IMG/VR virus record: IMGVR_UViG_3300031994_000067
Location: 15,082 to 79,081 of that record
DNA length: 64,000 bases
Origin: a virus
Taxonomy: Duplodnaviria; Caudoviricetes
Strand: one strand, 5' to 3'
A program made the position numbers and the translations under genes. Shown piece by piece: positions 9,605-18,628 of the stretch. The notes under the pieces are model-generated. The model worked only from the letters and a program-made list of their open reading frames with translations. It had not been told where the DNA came from and made no database searches. The first letter of the stretch is position 1, and each line of letters opens with the position of its first letter.

Positions 9605-11065
9605 ATGAATGACCTTGACAATATGGAACGTCTGGTTCCCGAGATTGTCATGAGTGACTTTGGACCTAGGCTTGTAGTTGTTAACTGGGACACTGCGTGC
9701 GCGGTCCAGATGTTCACGGGAAAAGGTTTTCCAATCAGAAAACGCAAATCGTTCGACAATAAACAGAAGAAATACATCGACGGAATTCATTCGCCGCTGT
9801 TCGGAAGTTCGTGGGAAGACGAGGATGCGTTTAAAGACCGCTTCAGTTGTGAATGCGGCTATCGCCAAGGGACGATTTATGAAGGTGAGATTTGTCCTGA
9901 ATGCGGTACGCGGGTCGGGTATGTCGATGTAGACTTGGAGAAGTTCGGATGGATTCAGTTAAACACGCGTTACAAGATAATCAATCCGGCGATGTATGCG
10001 TTACTTCAAAAATTCATCGGCAAAACAACGCTCGACAAAATGCTTCGGTGGGATAAAGAAATGGATACAAACGCCCATTATATCGATACTGCTAATCCGA
10101 AAGATAAGTGGGTGTCGATAGGTCTCACCGGATTCTACAAACACTTCACCGAAATAATGGAACACTTTTACCAAAAGCGGAAGAAGTATGAAAATTATTA
10201 CTGGGAAATTCTTAAGAAATGGGATTGTGTCTTTGCCAGTAATATTCCGGTCTATTCATCAGTACTCAGACCGATTTTCACTTCACCTGCGGAGTACCAT
10301 TACACCAAAGCGGAACAAGCTTACAACGTCATCACCGGTTGCATGAACAAACTCAACCAATACAAAGGCGAGATCGATGAGACCAATATCGAGGCAATAA
10401 ACAGTCTCTTGTATCAGATTCAAACGAAGATACTTGACATCGATGAAATCGTCTTCAAAGCGCTAGACAAAAAGACCGGTCATATACACGATGCGATATT
10501 CGGAGGTCGCATGGATTTCTCGGCGCGCGACGTTATTGTTCCGAATCCGACACTTAGGGCAGATGAAATAATTCTGTCTTACCTTGCGGTGTTGGAGCTT
10601 TACAAACTGGAGATAATCAACTTAATAGTGAAGATTCATGGTTGCACATATACTGTGGCTCTGAAATATTGGTTCGATGCACATCTCCAGTTCAGTCCGT
10701 TCGTTTACGAGATCATGGAATACTTGCGCGAAAACTCGAAAAATGGAATGATCTGTTTAATCAATCGCAATCCAACCATAGATTTCGGGTCATTCATTTG
10801 CGTAAGAATCGTCGGTATCACGAAGAGTTACGATAACATGACCATGTCGATTCCAATACAGGTGCTCGGAAAATTGAATGCGGATTTCGATGGCGACAAT
10901 CTTAACATTTTCAGCCTGAAGACGAATCACTTGAAAAAGACATTTAATCGAATTCTTAACCCGACGAAATCAATGTTCATCTCAAGAAACGACGGATTCC
11001 TTGATAATCAAAACTTTTTGAAGAAGGATCAGTTCATCGGATTACATGCGTTCTGTACAATGTAA
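9605..11065 (+). CDS. rpoC: Multisubunit RNAP beta-prime, N-terminal subunit (probably non-virion RNAP)
   Basis: Catalytic NADFDGD, zinc-binding CECG...CPEC and INRNPT motifs. RBS AAGGAG precedes ATG 9605; early-type TATATATTAT at 9551-9560. Confidence 0.92.
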   Translation: MNDLDNMERLVPEIVMSDFGPRLVVVNWDTACAVQMFTGKGFPIRKRKSFDNKQKKYIDGIHSPLFGSSWEDEDAFKDRFSCECGYRQGTIYEGEICPECGTRVGYVDVDLEKFGWIQLNTRYKIINPAMYALLQKFIGKTTLDKMLRWDKEMDTNAHYIDTANPKDKWVSIGLTGFYKHFTEIMEHFYQKRKKYENYYWEILKKWDCVFASNIPVYSSVLRPIFTSPAEYHYTKAEQAYNVITGCMNKLNQYKGEIDETNIEAINSLLYQIQTKILDIDEIVFKALDKKTGHIHDAIFGGRMDFSARDVIVPNPTLRADEIILSYLAVLELYKLEIINLIVKIHGCTYTVALKYWFDAHLQFSPFVYEIMEYLRENSKNGMICLINRNPTIDFGSFICVRIVGITKSYDNMTMSIPIQVLGKLNADFDGDNLNIFSLKTNHLKKTFNRILNPTKSMFISRNDGFLDNQNFLKKDQFIGLHAFCTM

Positions 11066-11161
11066 TAAAGACAACCCTTTTGAATTATTCACATTTTCGC
11101 GGCACATTTATAGCCGCATATTTTTTCCGCTTTTTACATTGATTTAAAGGTGGTGATATAA

Positions 11162-12451
11162 ATGGTTCAATTAGGTAATCACGCTATCTATGCCCCATCA
11201 ATGGCATATACTGTCGGAAATGTAGTGTTTAAGACAACCAATCTTGTAAAAAACCTGTTCGGGAAAAATTTCTTCAAGCATGTTCATATAGATACTAGAA
11301 TGGCATATACCGAATTTGCTATAAACTCAAATAAAGAATTCATTCACAAAAACAAACCTGTTCTCGGTATCAAGCCTGTGATAGAACTGTTAAACGATGA
11401 CATATTTCTGTCGGGTTCTTATCTTACAACCAATATGTTTCCTATGACCTTTGATAACATCGGTGGAGGTAATTTCAACTTTATACCATTTTTCGCCGAT
11501 AGAAAGAATGGTAACTCTGCCGGTTATCTATTAGACAGAATCAGAATTGGGTTTGGGATATTTATGAACTTCAATACGGTCGTTGAACAAATGAACATGT
11601 TTTCCATATTGACATCGATGTGGACTCAAGAAAAACAAATTCCGAGAAAGACTGCAATCGAGATTCATTTACCTAAACCGTTACTACAAATGATTTCCGT
11701 CGATAGTGGAGTTCCTATGAGGGACGAAAATGGTTCAGTTGAGAAATTCTTGGATTACATGAATAAGCATTGCAGTAGACCAATAACATATCAAATGAAA
11801 CCTTCGTCCGGTAACGATGAATTTTTCATGTATTATCCGTTGACTATCGAATATACTCCGACAGATTATTCGATGGATTCTGTTGAAAAAATTGGTCAAA
11901 CAATACATTCTGCACCAATCACATTCACACTTACAGCAGAATTTAACACGATTCAATTGTTTGACTATGCTCCACCGAGAGGAAAAGAAATGAATCTTGA
12001 TGCGTACGATATTTCGATTGAAGATAGAACGAATAATGGTTTGGGCAAATTCATGGTACCGATATGTACGTTCGACAATCTTTTTAACGAAAGAAACGAT
12101 GAAGGTTGGAGATTCTTTACTACCCGTATGTATAAAGTCGATCATGAACCGGGTCAAACGGAAGACAGGCTCGATCTGAAAGAGTTGTTTAAGAACACCA
12201 ATATCAAAGAAATCATCGAATACCACAATAAGTATGGAATCGATAATCACATCTTCTTCAATATACAGGTTTGGGGTTTGGACAAACAACTCAAAGAGGG
12301 CAGAGATTATGACTTCGATTTCAATACATTGACGTTGATTACAAAGAAACTTAATAAACGAATAACCTATAGATTCGTCATATACATTGACGACGGTTAT
12401 ATCAATGATTTAGTTGTTAAATTGCGTCCCGAAGAATTCACTTATAGATAA
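11162..12451 (+). CDS. Hypothetical protein, possibly virion structural
   Basis: 429-aa ORF with GGTGG RBS and TACA-N6-TA at 11135-11146. Confidence 0.6.
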   Translation: MVQLGNHAIYAPSMAYTVGNVVFKTTNLVKNLFGKNFFKHVHIDTRMAYTEFAINSNKEFIHKNKPVLGIKPVIELLNDDIFLSGSYLTTNMFPMTFDNIGGGNFNFIPFFADRKNGNSAGYLLDRIRIGFGIFMNFNTVVEQMNMFSILTSMWTQEKQIPRKTAIEIHLPKPLLQMISVDSGVPMRDENGSVEKFLDYMNKHCSRPITYQMKPSSGNDEFFMYYPLTIEYTPTDYSMDSVEKIGQTIHSAPITFTLTAEFNTIQLFDYAPPRGKEMNLDAYDISIEDRTNNGLGKFMVPICTFDNLFNERNDEGWRFFTTRMYKVDHEPGQTEDRLDLKELFKNTNIKEIIEYHNKYGIDNHIFFNIQVWGLDKQLKEGRDYDFDFNTLTLITKKLNKRITYRFVIYIDDGYINDLVVKLRPEEFTYR

Positions 12452-12454
12452 GAG

Positions 12455-12868
12455 GTGATAATGATGATACTCGGAACAGGAATACATCTGATTTCGGCAG
12501 ATTGTGATAATAATCGCACATTGTTTACACTTGGGGATATGGTGACCGTTAAGAAAAGAGATTACCTTGTCGATAATGGTTATACCGAATATACCGGAAG
12601 AATCGATTCCATTCTTGTTAATACAAACGAAATAAGACTGGATATTTCACAAACAAACGATAGTAATTATGTCACTATTGGATTCGGTCAGATTATGGAA
12701 ATCGAACGATATATAGACCCAGATGCTGAAATTGGAGACGATGACGAGGTAACATTTGACATGAAAACGAAACGCATGATAATGGAAACCATTCCATCAA
12801 TGCTTCAAGAGATTTTGGTTAAACTTTCAGCAATCCAATCTAACTGCGAAAAATGTCACGAAGAATGA
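12455..12868 (+). CDS. Hypothetical protein sharing a domain with the N-terminus of 28421..29980
   Basis: GDMVTVKKRDYLVDNGYTEYTGRI...LDISQTNDSNYVTI aligns by eye with GDVVENLRYVDNGEIVIVSGRI...IDASSEYNSKIVTI. Confidence 0.55.
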   Translation: MIMMILGTGIHLISADCDNNRTLFTLGDMVTVKKRDYLVDNGYTEYTGRIDSILVNTNEIRLDISQTNDSNYVTIGFGQIMEIERYIDPDAEIGDDDEVTFDMKTKRMIMETIPSMLQEILVKLSAIQSNCEKCHEE

Positions 12869-12982
12869 AACAACCTAATGGGTATGACGCTCAGTCATAC
12901 CCATTTTAATATCTTTTTTCTTTATATATTATATACGAGTACAAAAGGTTTTAATCACGCTATGCACTTAAGGGGTGATTCT

Positions 12983-14998
12983 ATGAAAGTGATTGACCGA
13001 GAACTCAGTTGGTTAAGTTTTAACTACAGATGTTTGGATAATGCGGCAAGAAGTAACAATCCTTTGCTCGAACGTCTGAACTTCTTGGGAATAACAGATT
13101 CCAACTTGAGTGAATTCATCTCGGTCAGATTTTCTTATGTACTCGGAGGGTTTCTGAGTAACAAGAAGATTCTGGATGACTTGGGTAAAAAGAACTTTGA
13201 AAAGAAGTACGAAAACCTGTTAGAAGGAATCCTCGAGTTCAAAAATGAACAGTATGTCGTATATCGGTCATTGATGAAAAGTTTGAAAGAAGAACTTGGA
13301 GTCGTACTGATAGACGATTATGACGAACTTCCGAGTAAACACAAGAAATTCTGCGAGAAATATTTCGAAGAAAACGTTCTACCGCTGTTGACGCCAGTGG
13401 CATACGATTCGACCAAAGAACTTCCCGTGTTGGCTGATGACGAGTTGCACTTCTTGATTCAAGTTTCTGATAAGAAGAAGTCGGCAATCTGTCTTATGGC
13501 TGTTCCGAAACAAGTCGAACGGGTCGTGCAACTCAGCGATAAAAAGTTCGTTCTGGTCGAAGAACTCATCGGTCACAACATCCATCGACTTTTCGTTGGG
13601 AAACATATAGAGGGATTCGTTCAATTCAAGACCTATCGTTATATTTCGAATATCGAGATTGACGAAGAAGAATTTATCTTGGATAAGGTTAAGCGTTACC
13701 TGACTGAACGAGACCTCTCGAACAACGCGGTGTTTCTCGATGTAAGAGCGTCCAAGAAAGACCAAGACTTAGTCAAGGTTTTATATAAACTCATGGACGT
13801 TTACAAGAGACACATTTTCGTCACACCTCGACCGTTACTTCTGAACTTCCTGAGTTCGCGGTTTTATGAAGACCCGAAATATCAATACAAACCGTTTAAG
13901 CCTCAGGAAGTCAATGAAGTCATCGGCGACAGAGGTATCATGAAATACCTTCAGAAAGAGGATCTGCTTATTCATCATCCGTACGAGTCCTTCGAAACGA
14001 TTATCGACCTAATCAGGGAAGCTGCGGAAGATTCGGAAGTCATTTCGATTAAGCAGACTCTTTATCGTGTTTCGTCTAATCACTCTGCATTGATAAAAGA
14101 GTTGTGCAAAGCGTCACAAAATGGCAAGAACGTCGTAGTGATGTTGGAGTTAAAAGCACGATTCAGTGAGAAGAAAAATATCTCGCTTATTGAAACTCTC
14201 AAATCTGCCGGGGTGACAATCGTCTATGGTTTCACAAATTTGAAGGTTCATTCCAAACTTCTGATAATCATGAAGAAGACGAAAAAAGAACTTCGCATTT
14301 TCTCTCACATTGGCACAGGAAATTATAATGAAGAGACCGCGAAGATTTACACAGACATTTCGTTCTTAACTTCGAACAAGAAGATTGGAAAAGAACTGAA
14401 CGATTTATTCAACATGATTTCGGGGTTTTCAGCGCCTGGAAAAACAGAGCACATTTATTACTCCCCGAAGGGAATTCGTTCACAATTGTGCAAACTTATA
14501 AAGCGTGAGATCGCACATGCAAAAGACGGTAACGACGCGCATGTATGGATTAAGGTCAACGCCATCTGCGATAAAGAAATGATTGAAATCATTTACGAAG
14601 CCGCGAAAAAAGGTGTCAAGTTTGACATTATCTGTCGCGGAATCTGTTCGATAGTGGCGACGAAAAACATCAAAATCAAATCGGTTGTCGGTCGGTATCT
14701 CGAACATTCCAGGATTTACGGGTTTTACAATGATGGAAAACCGACATTGATGATCAGTAGCGCGGACTTGCTTACTCGAAACCTTGACCATCGCGTTGAA
14801 CTGATGGTTCCAATCAAGGATAAGAAATGCAAGAATAAACTCGCGAAAATCTTTGATGTTACATGGGACGACGAAAAAAACAGTTACTGGATGATGAGTG
14901 AAGATGGGAAATTTGCCCGTGCGCACGGCAAGAAGGATTGTCATCAAATGTTTATCGATCACAGTCTGGAATCCCTGAAAGCTCGAAAGAAAAAGTGA
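12983..14998 (+). CDS. ppk1: Polyphosphate kinase 1
   Basis: RELSWLSFN, LLIHHPYESF, KQTLYR, ELKARF, KVHSK (phospho-His), HIGTGNYN, RYLEHSR, SADLLTRNL. RBS AGGGGTG precedes ATG 12983. Confidence 0.95.
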   Translation: MKVIDRELSWLSFNYRCLDNAARSNNPLLERLNFLGITDSNLSEFISVRFSYVLGGFLSNKKILDDLGKKNFEKKYENLLEGILEFKNEQYVVYRSLMKSLKEELGVVLIDDYDELPSKHKKFCEKYFEENVLPLLTPVAYDSTKELPVLADDELHFLIQVSDKKKSAICLMAVPKQVERVVQLSDKKFVLVEELIGHNIHRLFVGKHIEGFVQFKTYRYISNIEIDEEEFILDKVKRYLTERDLSNNAVFLDVRASKKDQDLVKVLYKLMDVYKRHIFVTPRPLLLNFLSSRFYEDPKYQYKPFKPQEVNEVIGDRGIMKYLQKEDLLIHHPYESFETIIDLIREAAEDSEVISIKQTLYRVSSNHSALIKELCKASQNGKNVVVMLELKARFSEKKNISLIETLKSAGVTIVYGFTNLKVHSKLLIIMKKTKKELRIFSHIGTGNYNEETAKIYTDISFLTSNKKIGKELNDLFNMISGFSAPGKTEHIYYSPKGIRSQLCKLIKREIAHAKDGNDAHVWIKVNAICDKEMIEIIYEAAKKGVKFDIICRGICSIVATKNIKIKSVVGRYLEHSRIYGFYNDGKPTLMISSADLLTRNLDHRVELMVPIKDKKCKNKLAKIFDVTWDDEKNSYWMMSEDGKFARAHGKKDCHQMFIDHSLESLKARKKK

Positions 14999-15005
14999 CC
15001 ATAAA

Positions 15006-15034
15006 GGGTTGCGGATACAAAAAATCCGCAACCC
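15006..15034. terminator. Bidirectional terminator hairpin
   Basis: GGGTTGCGGAT-N7-ATCCGCAACCC between convergent genes. Confidence 0.75.
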
Positions 15035-15045
15035 TGTTTTTTCTT

Positions 15046-15441
15046 TCATTTTTTCTCATCTTCGGAATCATCTTTCGACTTATGAGCCGAATCCTTGGTG
15101 AGAGTTGTATGTAAATTCTTCAGACCAAGAAGCGTTTTCTTAAGTCCGTTTATTGTACATATTCGGCTGAATAACTCCCAGCCAATAACTCCGAGTATGA
15201 ATGTGATCGCTATCTCCAAATCATCGTTCAAATAACCTCTTGCCGCAAATATTAAAAAGGTGCTGAGAGTTGTTGATACAAAAATTCGTCTAATTTCGAT
15301 CTTAGGTCTTGTTCCAGAAACTGTATCGTATATATCTTTAACAAAAGCACCAATCATAGCTATCAAGAAATATGTTGCACCATCCAGAAAGAATATTGAA
15401 GATGTTTGGAGTTTGGCATACAATATTTCCATTAAATTCAC
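15046..15441 (-). CDS. Small membrane protein, holin-like
   Basis: Two to three hydrophobic segments and a charged C-terminal tail in 131 aa. Confidence 0.45.
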   Translation of the reverse strand: MNLMEILYAKLQTSSIFFLDGATYFLIAMIGAFVKDIYDTVSGTRPKIEIRRIFVSTTLSTFLIFAARGYLNDDLEIAITFILGVIGWELFSRICTINGLKKTLLGLKNLHTTLTKDSAHKSKDDSEDEKK

Positions 15442-15456
15442 CTACTTTTCGTGATT

Positions 15457-16485
15457 TCATGACTCATTGTCTTCGTCAGATTTGTTATCCGGATTTTCAG
15501 TTCCATGAAACACGACATTATTGAATATCATCATGAAATACGTGAGTATCACTATCAAAATAACAGCGATTATCACGATAAAAGCATGTTCGATGAGAGA
15601 CACCTTATTCTCATTAATCAACTTAGTTCTGAATACGTCAAACTTTTCAAGTTCACCGTAGTGTCTCGACATCAACTGTTCATAGAGATTGAACGTTTGA
15701 ATCACGACGATCTTGTGATTATTCGTCACTGTCCCTCTAACACTAATATCTTCGACTCCAAATATATCACCGGTGTCAGTTATATATGCTGGAGCTAGAA
15801 ACTGTACATGTTTCAAACCTCCCACCCCATATTGCATATAAACTTCACGCAATGCATCTATGGAAGGACTCGAAGGCAATCTCGGCAATTTTTCATCAGT
15901 GATGTGATACATATGATGTTCCCAATAAACCATATTTGTGGAATGATTAAACAGCAAAGCCACCGCATTTTTTGACAATGACGGATTTACACTTCTGCTG
16001 TAAATCGAACCCCAATCACTTTGACTTGAAGCTGTCGATGTAGACAAGTCCATGATTATACCCTTTCTGTTACATACAAAAAGATCGTTTTCATCATTAT
16101 CGATTCTTTGAAAATAAACTCCTTGTATGGACTGCTTAATTATCCTGAGATATTCCGGGTCGTCAATCTCTTGAGGGTGCTCAAATTCATACTTCATAAT
16201 TTGCATGTCTGGGTATGCCAATTTAAGTTTCGACATTATATCTTCAGCGACAACTTTAGCCTGATTTCCTGCTGCAAGATAATCTTCGTATATGACCGCT
16301 TCGATGAAATTCCATTCCAGTTCCGCAACGTCTTTACTCACATCGTCTGCATTCTTCATATTGTGTATGAATATGGAGCGGAAGTTTCCAACGAATGCAC
16401 ACAATCCGATTAGAACCACTAAAATGAAAAACGGAAATACCATGCGAAGAGTCTTAGAGCTAATTTTCTTTTCCATTTCCTTCAA
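15457..16485 (-). CDS. Two-transmembrane protein with a large extracytoplasmic domain
   Basis: Hydrophobic segments near the N- and C-termini enclose about 270 aa of soluble sequence; the cytoplasmic tail is very short. Confidence 0.6.
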   Translation of the reverse strand: MKEMEKKISSKTLRMVFPFFILVVLIGLCAFVGNFRSIFIHNMKNADDVSKDVAELEWNFIEAVIYEDYLAAGNQAKVVAEDIMSKLKLAYPDMQIMKYEFEHPQEIDDPEYLRIIKQSIQGVYFQRIDNDENDLFVCNRKGIIMDLSTSTASSQSDWGSIYSRSVNPSLSKNAVALLFNHSTNMVYWEHHMYHITDEKLPRLPSSPSIDALREVYMQYGVGGLKHVQFLAPAYITDTGDIFGVEDISVRGTVTNNHKIVVIQTFNLYEQLMSRHYGELEKFDVFRTKLINENKVSLIEHAFIVIIAVILIVILTYFMMIFNNVVFHGTENPDNKSDEDNES

Positions 16486-16492
16486 CTCGCTT

Positions 16493-17113
16493 TCAGTCAG
16501 CGTAATCTCTTAAATCGATTTCGTATAGCGAATCCGGACATGTGCAATCAGTAATACTATAAAGCATACTATCCACTATATTAGTGAGAAAGTAATCTCT
16601 ATCAGTATTATACACCGATAATGCTTCATATCCTAAACATAACGCGAGTATTACAGAAGGTATCGACTCTTCCCTCTTCATACCAATATCTTCTTCTTTC
16701 GAAATAGATTTTTCAAATAATCGCTTTTCCTCTGTGGAATTATCAGTCATCTTGTCCAGCCGATTAACAAGACAACTCGATATCTCAAGAGACATACTTG
16801 AATTCTCCATGAAAAATTGAACTGCCGCCCAGCTATATTCTTTCTCCGGTTTAGTAATAACCCTTGAAGAAATGAATAAATCTGAGCCATACTCACAAGC
16901 ATCTTTGTATGCTCGGGAGATGTCAGGATTGTAAATCGTCTTGATATTCCCGCCCATACTTTTAAGCTTTGCAGTCAGATACTCGAGTATCTCTTGAGAG
17001 ATGTTTTTGGCGATTACATTTTCATCTTCTTCATCATCATGTATCTCGAGCCGATATTCGAATGGAATATCTATGATAATTCGTATGTCATTCAATGAAT
17101 CTTCAAGTTCCAT
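16493..17113 (-). CDS. Amidase_3-fold protein lacking the catalytic zinc ligands
   Basis: Motif spacing matches amidase_3 (IIID.., L..KL..MG, SDLFISS, PSVIL), but GH is replaced by PF, SIH by SSR and VE by AL. Confidence 0.45.
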   Translation of the reverse strand: MELEDSLNDIRIIIDIPFEYRLEIHDDEEDENVIAKNISQEILEYLTAKLKSMGGNIKTIYNPDISRAYKDACEYGSDLFISSRVITKPEKEYSWAAVQFFMENSSMSLEISSCLVNRLDKMTDNSTEEKRLFEKSISKEEDIGMKREESIPSVILALCLGYEALSVYNTDRDYFLTNIVDSMLYSITDCTCPDSLYEIDLRDYAD

Positions 17114-17215
17114 AACTAATCTCCCCTTTCATTGTATTATCAGATTGTCACAAAGCGGCGTCAAGGGTGTGAAACATGAAGTTTCACACCCAATTTATAT
17201 TCTAGCGAGTTGAAA

Positions 17216-17548
17216 TTACTTAAACGTTTCCGAACCGCTTGCAAAAATTCCAACAACATCTGCTTTGGTTGTAGCAACTGCAATACTGTCGCCAGGTTCG
17301 AGCACCATGTACCATTCATTACCAACCAGCAACGAATCTTTCGGAGCGATTTTTGTATCGATAAACGGAATATCGTTAATGTACAAAATGAATCCGACAT
17401 CCGAGTTCTTGTCAGAATTATGAACCATCAGTTCACGAACAACAGAAGCACCGTGTTTGCCGTCATTAGGAACCGTATAAATAGTGTTTTTAATCGCGGA
17501 CACAGTTCCGCAGAAAAACTTTTTCAGTGATGCGTATTCCATTATCAT
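17216..17548 (-). CDS. Small putative virion protein
   Basis: 110-aa beta-rich ORF with GGAGG RBS, in a structural-type operon. Confidence 0.55.
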   Translation of the reverse strand: MIMEYASLKKFFCGTVSAIKNTIYTVPNDGKHGASVVRELMVHNSDKNSDVGFILYINDIPFIDTKIAPKDSLLVGNEWYMVLEPGDSIAVATTKADVVGIFASGSETFK

Positions 17549-17559
17549 TTCCTCCTTTC

Positions 17560-17880
17560 TTACAGACCAAGTAAACGAGCGACATTGAAGTTATTTGTAT
17601 TCGCAAGTGCCTCATACTGGCTATAGAGAATATTGCAGACTTTCCAGTCATCGATGTTAAACTCGCCGGTAATACCGTTATATTTCGCAACGAGAATAGA
17701 AGTCGCTCCATTTTCATAAGTATAAGTAATGCAATCTCCTGCGTTAAAAACCTCGTCTTCATTGTACTGTTTAGGAGGCTCATAATTTCCCCCATAGAGC
17801 ACAGCCGTTTCAACTTGATCGATAGTGAGGTGACGTTTAGTCACATCGGTCTGAATATTTCCCATAGATGTAAGTTTCAT
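17560..17880 (-). CDS. Small putative virion protein
   Basis: 106-aa ORF with GGAGG RBS in the same operon. Confidence 0.55.
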   Translation of the reverse strand: MKLTSMGNIQTDVTKRHLTIDQVETAVLYGGNYEPPKQYNEDEVFNAGDCITYTYENGATSILVAKYNGITGEFNIDDWKVCNILYSQYEALANTNNFNVARLLGL

Positions 17881-17886
17881 GATAAT

Positions 17887-18537
17887 TTACACCTCCTGGA
17901 ACGCGATGAACAATGAATGCAGAATGATTTTATAATTAACCGCTTCATATTCACTCGGCAATGAGAATGATATCGATTTGATATGGAATTTAGTTTCAAC
18001 GTCATCTGACAAGAAACCGATATAATCAGGTTCAAACACTCTAGTGTTCAAATCCGTCACGGAATTAGTAACAGTAATTACCTTGTCCTCTTCGGTTTCT
18101 TCTTTATGAGCGAGACCTATAGTCATTTTAACAATCGGGTCAATGTCGAAATTAATCAAACCAGTCTTGTTACTTACAACGTCAACGTCGAAGTAGAACT
18201 GGAAGAATTTCAATTTGTTAGAGGTTATGACAAGAGATTCCGGAGAATAAGATTTATCACTCTCGACCGCAAACGGACCGATATAATCACCGATATCGAG
18301 CTTGACAATCTCACCAGAACGACCAACTGCCGACAGCGTGTTTTTGAAGTCAAAAAGGCTCTTCTTCAACTTGGAAATGTATTCGTAAGAGATGACTTTA
18401 TCACTTGAATCTTCCGAGCCTTCATATGACTTAACTCCGAAAACACCGAGTTTCGAGTCAACCATAATCTCGCCGGGAAGAGCTTCTTTTTGTCTGCTAA
18501 ATTCAATAGCCCCTACGCCCCATCTAGCTTTAGACAT
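17887..18537 (-). CDS. Putative virion protein
   Basis: 216-aa ORF with AGGA RBS and AACA-N6-TA at 18565-18576. Confidence 0.55.
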   Translation of the reverse strand: MSKARWGVGAIEFSRQKEALPGEIMVDSKLGVFGVKSYEGSEDSSDKVISYEYISKLKKSLFDFKNTLSAVGRSGEIVKLDIGDYIGPFAVESDKSYSPESLVITSNKLKFFQFYFDVDVVSNKTGLINFDIDPIVKMTIGLAHKEETEEDKVITVTNSVTDLNTRVFEPDYIGFLSDDVETKFHIKSISFSLPSEYEAVNYKIILHSLFIAFQEV

Positions 18538-18564
18538 AGTTCTTCATTCCTTTCCTGAGTATTT

Positions 18565-18576
18565 TAAATGATTGTT
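18565..18576 (-). promoter_or_regulatory. Late-type promoter motif NACA-N6-TA (representative copy)
   Basis: Also found upstream of starts at 907, 5615, 11135, 17138, 21205, 26233, 28382, 32274, 38717, 44477, 55689, 56645 and 60686. Resembles the AR9 late consensus AACA-N6-TA. Confidence 0.55.
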
Positions 18577-18628
18577 TACAGGGCTGGATAAACCCAGCCC
18601 TGTGTTTTCACGTCAAATAATGACAAAA

